Virus record (IMG/VR): IMGVR_UViG_3300034069_000595
Location: 1-27,477 of that record
DNA from: a virus
DNA: 27,477 nucleotides
Reading direction: 5' to 3' (one strand)
The number at the start of each line of letters is the position of its first letter. The first letter of the stretch is position 1. The translations under genes and the position numbers were made by a program. Below, in pieces: positions 8,735-17,900 of this stretch. The notes beneath the pieces were generated by a model. It searched no databases, was not told the DNA's origin, and saw only the letters and a list, made by a program, of their open reading frames with translations.

Positions 8735-9607
8735 ATGTACATCACTAACAGTCTGTTAGGATCCGAAGCCACCCAGTACGAACTCAAATCTGTCACCGTC
8801 GCGGAAACCAAGCTTTACGGCGTTGATGGAGCCCTGATAACCCAGCCAACGATCTGTTTTTACTCGCACGAACCCGCGTACAGTCGGGAGGTCTGGGCTG
8901 GAAAGGCCGAACTGCGTAAGCACTGGAACGTTGGATCGGTCGGGTTCATGCCTGCGGGTGCCGAGATCACGTCCACCCCCGAACAACCCTACAGGGAGAC
9001 GGCGATCAAATTCAGCGCCGGTCTGTTCGGAAAGGCGATCGATGGGCTTATCGACCCGTCACAGATCGACTTCCGGTTTGCCGACGTGACCAGCCACGTG
9101 ACCACAGGCCTTGCGTCTGTAATCCAGAACCTGGCCGTGACCGGCGCCTACGTGGATGCCGAGATGCTGGTGGAGAACGTGGCGCTGAGCCTTGCCGTCG
9201 CCATCGTCCGGCAGTTCACCGGCGCCGCATCCAAGGTCTTTACCGCGCCTGATGTCGAGCTGTGCGATGGACGCCTCACCCGTGTGCGGGATTTTATCGA
9301 AGCCAACCTCAGTCGGCGGATCTCCCTGATCGAGCTGGCCGACGTCGCCGCCCTGAGCCAGTACCACTTCAGTCGGCAGTTCCAACGGAAGCTCGGGATC
9401 TCCCCGATGCGGTACGTCATGCAGCGCCGCGTTGAGATGGCGAAGGTTCAGTTGCTGCGGCCGGAGGAGACAATCGCCAGCGTGGCCTACTCATGCGGCT
9501 TCGGCGGGCAAAGCCACTTCTCGACCACGTTCAAAACGTTCACCGGCATCACGCCAGGCGAGTACCGCCGAACGCGCGGGCTGCCACACCTCGGCATGAA
9601 TCCCTAA
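8735..9607 (+). CDS. AraC family transcriptional regulator
   Basis: C-terminal double HTH: ISLIELADVAALSQYHFSRQF...IASVAYSCGFGGQSHFSTTFK. Confidence 0.93.
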   Translation: MYITNSLLGSEATQYELKSVTVAETKLYGVDGALITQPTICFYSHEPAYSREVWAGKAELRKHWNVGSVGFMPAGAEITSTPEQPYRETAIKFSAGLFGKAIDGLIDPSQIDFRFADVTSHVTTGLASVIQNLAVTGAYVDAEMLVENVALSLAVAIVRQFTGAASKVFTAPDVELCDGRLTRVRDFIEANLSRRISLIELADVAALSQYHFSRQFQRKLGISPMRYVMQRRVEMAKVQLLRPEETIASVAYSCGFGGQSHFSTTFKTFTGITPGEYRRTRGLPHLGMNP

Positions 9608-9619
9608 CCAGATCATCAG

Positions 9620-9699
9620 TCTTGTGACTTGGCCGACCGCGCCCAGCAACGTCAGTGGTTTGCGGTCGGCTGGGTCGCTGCGGCCCCACATGGGCCCGC
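9620..9699 (+). repeat. Dispersed att-like element, copy C
   Basis: TCTTGTGACTT 9620-9630; degenerate IHF-like CGTCAGTGGTTTG 9650-9662; CGGCCCCACA-TGGGCCCG 9681-9698. Confidence 0.75.
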
Positions 9700-9736
9700 A
9701 AAACACGTCCTGATCGCCCTTTCGCGCAAAAGGGTA

Positions 9737-9766
9737 TTGCTCAAATAAGATCAACGAGAGCATAAT
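9737..9766 (+). promoter_or_regulatory. Sigma70-type promoter TTGCTC-N18-CATAAT
   Basis: -35 9737-9742, -10 9761-9766, upstream of a long gene run. Confidence 0.55.
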
Positions 9767-9813
9767 CCCTGCAACATCAACAACAGCGGGCATTGCCTGC
9801 GTAGGGAAAGGAA

Positions 9814-10821
9814 GTGGAAAGGTCTTACGGCACCAAAACCCTCGATGATAACGAGGCCGCGGTCTACATCACTGGACCTGATGGAAAGATCATCGGCCAC
9901 ACCGGCATAGCCAAATTTTGCAAGTCTGCCGAGGAAGCAAACGCAGTAACGCAGGCAAACGCCGATATGGCGGTGCGCATCGCGGCCTGCCTTAACGCCT
10001 GTGAGGGCTACGACACAGCGATCCTGGAGCAGCACAACCTGCTCGAAAGTGCCTACGCCGCCGAGGTTCGCCAATTTGAGCTGACCACCCAGCGCGATGA
10101 TCTGCTGGCGGCGCTGGTGACTGCATCTGACGTGCTCGGCAACGTGCAAGGCGACATCAACCCCGAGCGCGGTTACGCAGATGATCTGGAAGGTGACGTC
10201 TCCTCGGCCTTTGGTGCAGCCCGCAACGCTATCGCGAAGGCCGGTCCGCAAACCAAAGGCGCAGAGGATGCTGCGCGCCGCGTGTCGGCCTGCCTTGCGG
10301 CCTGCAAAAGTATCAGCACCAAGGCGCTGGAGGCTGGCGGCCTGAACGTGCTGCAACTGCAACTCGATCGCCTCGTGCTGACACAGCAGCGCGATCGTTT
10401 GGTCGCTGTCCTGGAAGGCCTTTTCGAGATTGGCGATGTCTTCACGAGCGCTATCGAGGCCAAGGACATACATGCGTCCGACTTTGAAGTCTGGGAGGAA
10501 AAGGCTCGCGCTGCTATCTCTGGTGCGAAAGGCCCCATTCACCCAAGCCACATCACTCAGGCCGAATTTGACGCCACTCCGAAGGCTGGCCCGAGCATTG
10601 CCGAGATGCAGGCTGCCGGGCAGTTGTCAACGCCAGAGCGCTACACCCACCCTACCAAGGGCGGCGTCTACGAGAAGCTGGGCGCGATCTACGGCGCTGG
10701 GTCTCTGAAAGGCTTAGCCGGCATCGCGTACTGCAATGATGCTGGCAAGCTGTTCATCCGCGAGCCTGAAAGCTTCGCGGCCCGCATGCACCTCATCAAA
10801 GCCGATGGGGGTGCGCAATGA
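9814..10821 (+). CDS. Phage hypothetical protein with an internal duplication and a DUF1653-like C-terminus
   Basis: Two copies of R(I/V)xACLxAC...QRDxL; C-terminal RYTHPTKGGVY...IAY...LFIREPESF. Confidence 0.75.
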   Translation: MERSYGTKTLDDNEAAVYITGPDGKIIGHTGIAKFCKSAEEANAVTQANADMAVRIAACLNACEGYDTAILEQHNLLESAYAAEVRQFELTTQRDDLLAALVTASDVLGNVQGDINPERGYADDLEGDVSSAFGAARNAIAKAGPQTKGAEDAARRVSACLAACKSISTKALEAGGLNVLQLQLDRLVLTQQRDRLVAVLEGLFEIGDVFTSAIEAKDIHASDFEVWEEKARAAISGAKGPIHPSHITQAEFDATPKAGPSIAEMQAAGQLSTPERYTHPTKGGVYEKLGAIYGAGSLKGLAGIAYCNDAGKLFIREPESFAARMHLIKADGGAQ

Positions 10822-11426
10822 ACCTTCTGAGCATCCTGGTGCGGGATCTAAAGACCTGGCCTGCGCAATGGGGCAGGTTCTGCGTATGGGCGATGGCCGA
10901 AGGCGCTCCGGCGGCGTGGTTCCACACCCGCCGGCCTGAAAAGATCGACGGCGGCTGGAGTGATATCGGCACGGTTGAGCACTGGCTTGGCGAGAAACCC
11001 AGCGATGACTGCGTCGTCACCATGGAGGATTGGGTCGAGGCAATCCGCGAGGCGAAGGCTCTCAATGCCGCTGCTGCCTGGACCGGCGAAGGCACGCCGC
11101 CAGCTGGAACGCAATGTGAAGTCGCGCCTGACTGTATGGCTTGCGTCTGGTCGAAAGCCACGATCCTGGCGGCAGGACCTAAATGGTTTGCCGCTGATAT
11201 CGATGGCAAGCATGAGGTCCTGAGCGTAAGGAACTACAAGTTCCGCCCAATCCGTACTGCCGAGCAGATCGCAGCGCAGGAGCAACTTCACGCTGTGCGC
11301 AATGCCGCAACGGATATAGCGAAAACCCTCGCTCGTTTCGAAAACGATCTTCCTGGAGGAGCAGCTGCGCAAACAGTCATCGAGGCAATGATTGAAGCGG
11401 GCTACCGCAAGCCGGTGGCGCCATGA
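10818..11426 (+). CDS. Phage hypothetical protein
   Basis: WTGEGTPPAGTQCE and FRPIRTAEQIAA motifs typical of Pseudomonas phage proteins. Confidence 0.75.
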   Translation: MNLLSILVRDLKTWPAQWGRFCVWAMAEGAPAAWFHTRRPEKIDGGWSDIGTVEHWLGEKPSDDCVVTMEDWVEAIREAKALNAAAAWTGEGTPPAGTQCEVAPDCMACVWSKATILAAGPKWFAADIDGKHEVLSVRNYKFRPIRTAEQIAAQEQLHAVRNAATDIAKTLARFENDLPGGAAAQTVIEAMIEAGYRKPVAP

Positions 11427-11773
11427 AGCCCATCCCTACCAGCGCAGCCGAGCGCATCGCGAAGGAGTTCGGCTACGACCAGGTGGTCATCATCGCGCGC
11501 AAGGTCGGCGACGCACCGGATCCGCATGGCGAGCACTGCACCACCTACGGAATCGACAAGGCCCACTGTGCTGTCGCGGCGCGTATCGGTGACTTCCTGA
11601 AGTTCAAGGTCATGGGCTGGGTGAAGGACGCTCCTGCCCCAGACCCGAACCGTGAAGAACTGATCAGCGAGCTGGCTGCCGAGCTTGGAACCCACGGCCT
11701 GTTCACCCCAGGGGAGCGCGCCCTTGTCGAGCGTGTCATTGACGCTGGATGGCGCAAGCAGGTGGGGAAATGA
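11423..11773 (+). CDS. Hypothetical protein
   Basis: ATGA-coupled ORF. Confidence 0.7.
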   Translation: MKPIPTSAAERIAKEFGYDQVVIIARKVGDAPDPHGEHCTTYGIDKAHCAVAARIGDFLKFKVMGWVKDAPAPDPNREELISELAAELGTHGLFTPGERALVERVIDAGWRKQVGK

Positions 11774-12030
11774 CCCTGCGCACCCGGAAAGAAGCCAGCG
11801 AGCTGTGGTGCCCGATGGCGCGGACCGCGCGACGCGAGTCGGTCGATCCCAGCGGAACCACCACGGTCGTGGTCGCCGGCTGCAACACCGACGCTCTCGG
11901 CCGCAACCGCGTCCCGGCCAGCTGCCGTTGCATCACCACCCAGTGCGCGATGTGGCGCTGGAGCGAGGTCGATTCCGGTGATGATCGCCTCGGTTACTGC
12001 GGCCTGGCGGGCCCGGCGGTGCACCAATGA
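11770..12030 (+). CDS. Cys-rich hypothetical protein
   Basis: WCP...C..C..CAMWRW...GYCGLAG; coupled. Confidence 0.7.
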   Translation: MTLRTRKEASELWCPMARTARRESVDPSGTTTVVVAGCNTDALGRNRVPASCRCITTQCAMWRWSEVDSGDDRLGYCGLAGPAVHQ

Positions 12031-12284
12031 GCGCTGAACAGACCCCGCCATTCCTCAATAATCCGCTGATGCTTGAGCTGCTGGATATCGCCCGCACTCT
12101 CGAAGTGTCCGTGCTGCAGGCGATGGATGAGGCCGGCTGCACAGTGACGGCCTTCTATCAACATCAGGATGGATCGCGCGAGATCCTGGCTGAGCGTACG
12201 GGTGCCGATATGTTCGACACTACCAAGGCCGCGGTTTGTGCAGCTATCGAGCACATTGACCGTGTCGAGGGGTACGATCAATGA
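12027..12284 (+). CDS. Hypothetical protein
   Basis: Coupled ORF. Confidence 0.65.
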   Translation: MSAEQTPPFLNNPLMLELLDIARTLEVSVLQAMDEAGCTVTAFYQHQDGSREILAERTGADMFDTTKAAVCAAIEHIDRVEGYDQ

Positions 12285-12676
12285 CCACCTCCCGCATCAC
12301 TTCAATCCGCTTCAACACCTCCCCGATCCGTAAGCAGCCCAAACGTGGCGACCTGCGCTACCTGAAGGGCCGCAAGATCTGGCAGATCCGGCAGGAGCGC
12401 ATGACCGACGATCACTTCCACGGGCGCTGCTACATCGTCAGCAACGGGCGGAACCTGTGGGAGTGGGTAGACCGGGCCAGCGATCGCGACCGGCAGTGGG
12501 CGTGGTGTGCTCGCCAGGGCGATCCTGCCGACGCCGGGCGGCGTGCCTACTTCGAGGAGGGCTGCCTGTGCCTCATCGAGGGCAAGATGCAGATCCTGCC
12601 TCGGGAGAGCAACGCGAACGCCTTCGCCCGGTACATGGCCGAGTGCACCTGCAGCCGCCACCCGGAGCGCGGGTGA
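12281..12676 (+). CDS. Hypothetical protein
   Basis: Coupled ORF. Confidence 0.7.
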   Translation: MTTSRITSIRFNTSPIRKQPKRGDLRYLKGRKIWQIRQERMTDDHFHGRCYIVSNGRNLWEWVDRASDRDRQWAWCARQGDPADAGRRAYFEEGCLCLIEGKMQILPRESNANAFARYMAECTCSRHPERG

Positions 12677-12915
12677 GCAAGAACCGTGCGGCCCATGTCA
12701 GCGCCCATTCCCGGGCGCTGCATGAGTACGCCGCCAAAAACGGCTGGACGGTGTCGATCAACAACGCGAGCCACCTGGTGCTGGAAAAACCCGGCTGCCA
12801 AGCGGTGCGGTCCAGCCTGACGCCAAGCTGTAAGTTCGCAACACGTAAGGCCCTGGCAGATCTGAGAAGGTCTGAGCGGGCCGCCAATGAAAACCAACCG
12901 CCTGAGGGCGAATGA
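12673..12915 (+). CDS. HicA-like small protein
   Basis: 80 aa; GWTVSINNASHLVLEKPG resembles the HicA GW...GSH...P pattern; GTGA coupling. Confidence 0.55.
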   Translation: MSKNRAAHVSAHSRALHEYAAKNGWTVSINNASHLVLEKPGCQAVRSSLTPSCKFATRKALADLRRSERAANENQPPEGE

Positions 12916-13196
12916 TGACGACCACTACATTGCGAGAAAAATTCGAGGCCGCCTTCCTGGAAGGCAAGTCTCGCGAAAACATCCTGGTATCCAGCCAGCT
13001 CCAGTTGGGCGCCGATGGCGAATACTTCAACCCGAACACCAAGGCTCTGTTCGCCTACTTCTGCAAGGGGGCGGCGAGCGTCGTGGTGGAGCTGCCCGAA
13101 GTCGATACTTGGTCCCACTCCTCGGAAGGGCTGACCGCATATCGGCGTGAGTGCCAGGAACACATCGAAGCCGCTGGCGGGACGGTGAAGCAATGA
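12912..13196 (+). CDS. Hypothetical protein
   Basis: LREKFEA...VVELPE...IEAAG pattern of small phage proteins. Confidence 0.7.
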   Translation: MMTTTTLREKFEAAFLEGKSRENILVSSQLQLGADGEYFNPNTKALFAYFCKGAASVVVELPEVDTWSHSSEGLTAYRRECQEHIEAAGGTVKQ

Positions 13197-13453
13197 GGGG
13201 TGCATCGCTCCGAAGGCTGCTCATTATTGGCGCGGCGCTAAGCATTGGCGGGCAGCCCGTGGGCTTCGTTAGGACTGCGCCGAAGGTATCTATTGAGCCA
13301 CGCCGCGAACCCTACCGCCACACCCCGACCCAGCGCTGGCGCCGTTACCCAGGCCAGTCGCCGGAAGCAGCTCAGGCCGCTATCGCCTCCGCTGAAGCCA
13401 AGCGCGAGCGTCGAGTTCTCCGCAACAAGCGCCTGGCTGGGGAGGTGGTATGA
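13193..13453 (+). CDS. Basic hypothetical protein
   Basis: ATGA-coupled; AEAKRERR C-terminus. Confidence 0.6.
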   Translation: MRGASLRRLLIIGAALSIGGQPVGFVRTAPKVSIEPRREPYRHTPTQRWRRYPGQSPEAAQAAIASAEAKRERRVLRNKRLAGEVV

Positions 13454-13704
13454 ACCCTACCGACGAGCAACGCGCTGAACGTCAGCGCAACGGTCACATC
13501 GCCGCGCAGAACGCGTGGGCAACCCTGAGGGTCGGCGACCGACTGCGTGTCACCAAGTGCCCCGGCACAAAGCGCTGGATCACGTTCGCGGCGTGGTCCG
13601 GACAGTGGATCGTGTCGAAGTCCGGGATCGACGACTTTCACCCGATCAACGTCGATCGCCTAAATGGCGAACCAGTCAACTTTCTTACGATGGAGGCGCC
13701 ATGA
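13450..13704 (+). CDS. Hypothetical protein
   Basis: RBS GGAGG, coupled. Confidence 0.7.
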   Translation: MNPTDEQRAERQRNGHIAAQNAWATLRVGDRLRVTKCPGTKRWITFAAWSGQWIVSKSGIDDFHPINVDRLNGEPVNFLTMEAP

Positions 13705-14015
13705 AGCGCACCACTACCGCTCGCGGCTTCGAGCTGATCGAGTTCGAGGACCGCTACGGCGCAGCCTGCAACATCCAGGCAAGCAGCCTGGCCGAGGAGG
13801 CAGCTATCTGGTTCGGCGTGGAGGACGCCAATCCGCTGATCATGGCGAAGGATGCTGCGCGGTGCGGTGTCCAGACCGACGAGACTGTCGGCTGGGTGCC
13901 CTACCCGGTGCCGAAGGATGTCCTGATGACAACCCGAATGCACCTCACCCAAGCGCAGGTCGCTGAGCTGCTGCCGACCCTGCAGCGCTTTGCTGCCACG
14001 GGGGTGCTGTCATGA
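13701..14015 (+). CDS. Phage hypothetical protein
   Basis: RBS GGAGG; RGF..F.DRYG..C.IQ.SSLA...RMHLT motif. Confidence 0.8.
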   Translation: MKRTTTARGFELIEFEDRYGAACNIQASSLAEEAAIWFGVEDANPLIMAKDAARCGVQTDETVGWVPYPVPKDVLMTTRMHLTQAQVAELLPTLQRFAATGVLS

Positions 14016-14224
14016 GTAAGCAACCAACGCCGATCGCGGCGCGCAACCTGATTCAGACAATGCGCATGGTGTGCGACATCTGCGGGAAGCCTCGCGGTGG
14101 CACGCACCCGATCAAGCACGACAAGTGCTCGAAGATCCGGCAGGCGCGCGGGTTTCCGGTCGGGATCGCGAAGAAACAAGACTCTGAAGCTTGTTCGCTC
14201 CCACGGGAAAGCCCAGCAGAATAA
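14012..14224 (+). CDS. Small zinc-finger-like protein
   Basis: CDICGKPR...H.KCSK.RQ. Confidence 0.65.
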   Translation: MSKQPTPIAARNLIQTMRMVCDICGKPRGGTHPIKHDKCSKIRQARGFPVGIAKKQDSEACSLPRESPAE

Positions 14225-14280
14225 GGGGCTTTCCGGACTTACTGACTATTTCGCTCCCGCAGGGCCCCACGTGGGCCCCA
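14211..14280 (+). repeat. Dispersed att-like element, copy E (arm repeats intact, core degenerate)
   Basis: ACTTA 14237-14241; AGGGCCCCACG-TGGGCCCCA 14261-14280. Confidence 0.6.
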
Positions 14281-14458
14281 CCACAAAGCAGTTGCAGCGG
14301 CATTCAGCAGGACGCTATGCTTGGGGCCTCTGAAGAAACCAGACATCTGAGGATTCCGAGATGAAGCCGATGTAAACGGGCGCGGCCCACACAGCCAATC
14401 CAGACAGCAAAACTGATCAACCAACGCCAGCAGATGCGGCGGAGTGCACAGCCAGGTA

Positions 14459-14559
14459 GGCTATTGTCAGAGTGCATTCTTCGAGTCGCCAGCCCGCACA
14501 TGCGGAACATCTTCATCAGGGGTGCCACCCGCAGCGCGGTTCGAGTCCGCAAACTAGCC
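14459..14559 (+). ncRNA. Putative tRNA-like RNA element (not a canonical tRNA)
   Basis: T-arm GCGG-TTCGAGT-CCGC 14536-14550; acceptor-like pairing GGCTA 14459-63 with TAGCC 14555-59. Confidence 0.4.
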
Positions 14560-14597
14560 GACAGAGGCAGTGCATGGTGCAAAGGTGGTAGCCCGAT

Positions 14598-14743
14598 GCA
14601 GATGAATGCGCAGGCTGATGCGACCAGGGAGGTTCCTCGCAAGGGAGCGGGCCCCTGAAAGCCACTGACAGTGTGGCGTGGTAGCTGGAGGGCTTGCAAT
14701 CCGCCAGCGGCACCAAAGCCGGAGACCAGCACCGGCCATCTGC
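14598..14743 (+). ncRNA. Putative multi-stem structured RNA
   Basis: Closing stem GCAGATG/CATCTGC; internal hairpins GCCAC/GTGGC, GCTGG/CCAGC, GCCGG/CCGGC; loops GCTG and CAGC are complementary. Confidence 0.5.
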
Positions 14744-14833
14744 TACAAGCGACCGAGGTAGAACCGGCATACCGCCGGGGAGACGAGTAGGTATCACCCC
14801 GCCCTTGTGGCGCCGGATCAGGGTAACCGGCAC

Positions 14834-14859
14834 AGCCCAGCCAACCAGCTGGGCTTTTT
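14834..14859 (+). terminator. Rho-independent terminator
   Basis: AGCCCAGC-caacca-GCTGGGCT-TTTT. Confidence 0.8.
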
Positions 14860-14880
14860 CATGCCCGCAGCTCGGGCGCC

Positions 14881-14896
14881 GTCGTGATGCCACCAT
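14881..14896 (+). promoter_or_regulatory. Putative late promoter GTCGTGA-TGC-CACCAT (leaderless geometry)
   Basis: ATG 14903 lies 6 nt after the -10-like hexamer; no RBS. Confidence 0.65.
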
Positions 14897-14902
14897 CGCG
14901 TC

Positions 14903-17900
14903 ATGAACGAACCTATCGCTGCAACGGCAGGCCCGCGTCGCGTGGTGCTGCTGGTCAAGTCTCAGAAGATCGCCCACCAGGCGGGTTACTACCTGCTCAA
15001 CGGACGCTGGCACGCTGTGAAGCAGGCCAAGCCGGTTCCGAAGGGCGCCCCTGTCGCTGCTCATCCGAAGGCTGCGGGCCACTACGTCCCGATCAAGCAC
15101 TTCACCGATGGCGAGTGGGATCAGCTGAAGTTGCCCGAGAGCAACAGCAACGCCGGCACGTTCAACGCCCAGCTCGAAAAGCTCAAGCAGTACAGCGAGG
15201 CCGGCGACGTCACCGCCATTCTGGGCATGCAGGTCGGCACGAACACCTATGGCAAGAAGCTCGCGCTGATCGCCAACAGCCTGCTCGAACAGCACGGCGC
15301 CGAGCATAAGGTTGCGCCAGGCCAGAAGGCCGGCGAGCACCATGCCGTGAAGGTGGTTCCGGACGATGCCGCCGCTCCGGCGGCGAAGCCCGAGCCGAGC
15401 ACTTTCAAAGAGATCTACGGCGATCCCTTCAAGGACATGCCCAGCCAGGCTGAGAAGCCGGCGCCGGAACCGAAGGCAGAGCCAGTCAAAGTCGAGCCCG
15501 AGAAGGCACCCGAGCCGAAGCCAGAGCCCGCCGCCAAGCCGAAGCTCGGCCCTGTTGGCGAGGCTCTGAAGGAGGCTGTCAGCGCTCCAGCTGCCCCCTC
15601 CCTGTCCATGCCTGAGTTCGCCGAGGGCAAGACCACCAAGGGCGTCCAGAAGCACTACGAGGCCAAGGCCAAAAAGGTGCTGCGTCTGGCTGCTACCAGC
15701 GACGTGGCCGGCCTGACGAACATGCTCCAGGACGGCCTCAAGCCGAACAGCAAGGGCAAGGTCGGTAACACCTGGACCGGGAAGACCCCGAACAGCAAGG
15801 CGTTGCTCGCGCTGCATGCTGCCGCCTTGCAGCAAGCTGGCGGCAAGATGGATGCGGCCCCTGAGGCGAAACCTGCGCCAGCCCCCGCCCCAGCTCCTGC
15901 GCCCGAGCCAGCCCCGGTAGCCCCAGCAGCCCCGGCGCCGGCCGCAGATCCGAAGTCTGACCTGCTCGCCCAGATCCCGTGGGACAAGCTCAGTTCGCCC
16001 GAGGCGAAGGGTGACGGATCTCCGAACAAGGAAGGCATCAACGCGAACAAGAAGCTCGCGGTGATCAAGCAGGCTGCCGAGGCCGGCGACGTGGCCGCGC
16101 TCCAGAGCATGAAATTCGGCGTCAACACGTACGGCAAGAAGCTAAACCAGGCCGTCGCCATCTCGCTCGCGGCGATCGAGGAAGGCGCGCCCGTGCCCGT
16201 GCCCGCGACTGCTCCTGCTCAGGCACCGGAGCCTGCCGCAACTGCCCCTGTTGCCGCTCCTGCCGAGGAAGGCCCGAAGGATGGCGACACCAAGCCCGGC
16301 GCCGATGGCACCATGCTCGTGTTCAAAAATGGGCGCTGGCACAAGTCGGTGCCCACCGATGAGCACGGGGAGATGCCGCCGACGTGGGTTCCCGTCGATG
16401 ACGAGAAAGGCACGCTTGAGCTGACCGATACGGAGAAACAGGCCGTATTCGACTATCTGAACAGCACCGAGAAGACCGAGCACCGGCACGAGGCAGGCAA
16501 AGCCATCTTCAAAAAGCTGCCTGAGGAGCTGAAGCAGGCGCTGAACCTGGCGGCGATCAACTTCAAGGCTGCTGCCGACGTCGAGGCCGCATCCGCGCAC
16601 CCGATTGACGCCGTGCCGTTGCCGGATCTGTCGAACCTGTCCGCTCATAACCAAGCGCTGGTCATTACCGCGCTCAGCCTACTGCAAAGCCAGGTCAAGG
16701 CCGATGGTGCTGCTGCACTGAAGGGCATGACCAAAAAGATGGCCTCGGGCAAGGTGATCACCAACCTGCCCAAGGCCAACGGCAGCAAAATCAAAGTCTC
16801 AGGCGTCCACGGTAAGGGTGAGGCCTTCGACGGGATCTACGATTACGTCGAGGCGCTGAAGGCAGCTGTTGGCAAGTCTGCACCCAAACCCAAGGCCACG
16901 CCGATGTCGGCGCCGGTCACGCCGCAGGCCGATGCACCGATCCCCTCGATGGACGACTGGAAGCAGGTCGGGCCTCAGGGTGGCAGCAACCCGGGTGGCA
17001 AGTTCGTCGATCCGACCGGCACCGAGTGGTACTGCAAATTCCCGTCCGATCCAGACGTGGCGAAGTCAGAGGTTCTGGCGGCCCGCCTGTATGCGGCGGC
17101 CGGCGTGTCCGGCCAGGATGCGCAGCTGATCACCCGCGATGGCAAGATCGGCATCGCGAGCAAGTGGCAGGACGTGAAGAAGGTCGCTCCGGCGGACCTG
17201 GCGAAGACCGATGGTGTCGCATCCGGCTTCGCGGTCGACGCGTGGCTGGGCAACTGGGATGTCGTCGGCATGGAGTTCGACAACCTCCAGGTCGACGTCG
17301 CCACCGGCAAAGCCATGCGTGTCGATGCTGGCGGCTCGCTCCAGTACCGCGCGCAGGGTGGCAAGAAGGCGTTCGGCAACAACGTGGTGGAGCTGGACAG
17401 CCTGCGCGACAAGGCCATCAACCCGCAGGCTGCTGCGGTGTTCGGCAAGCTCACGAAGGCCGACATCACCGCCTCGGTCGCGAAGATCGCCCAGCTGCCG
17501 GACGCGAACATCCGCGCCCTGGTGGAGAAGTTCGGCCCGGGCAACGAGGCAGAGCGCAAGGCGCTGGCTGACACCCTGGTCGCTCGCAAGGCTGACCTGC
17601 TGACGAAGTACCCCAAGGCGGCGAAGGCGGTGAAGAAGCGCCTCGACCCGACCAGCCTGCCCGTTCCCGAGGAGCGGCTGCCGAACGCGCACGACTTCAA
17701 CAACTGGCTGAACTCAGGCAAGCCCCTGTCGAGCCAGGCTCACGTCAACGCGGCGAACGCGAACGTCGAAAAGCAGATGATCGCGCTGGCGAAGACCGGC
17801 AACCTGGTCGAGCTGAAGAAATTCCAATTCGACGCGATCGACAAAGCCACCGGCGAGGCGACTGGACACACGATTCCGATCGCAAATCACCCATCCAAGC

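Noticed and set aside
14459-14559. Canonical tRNA gene
   Set aside because: T-arm is present, but there is no proper D-arm, anticodon arm or CCA, and the acceptor stem is imperfect; kept only as tRNA-like
14434-14906. Short ORFs 14434-14658 and 14694-14906
   Set aside because: No RBS or coupling, atypical codon use, and the second crosses a terminator
15870-15945. GC-rich short tandem repeats as a VNTR or regulatory array
   Set aside because: They encode a Pro-Ala linker with synonymous variation
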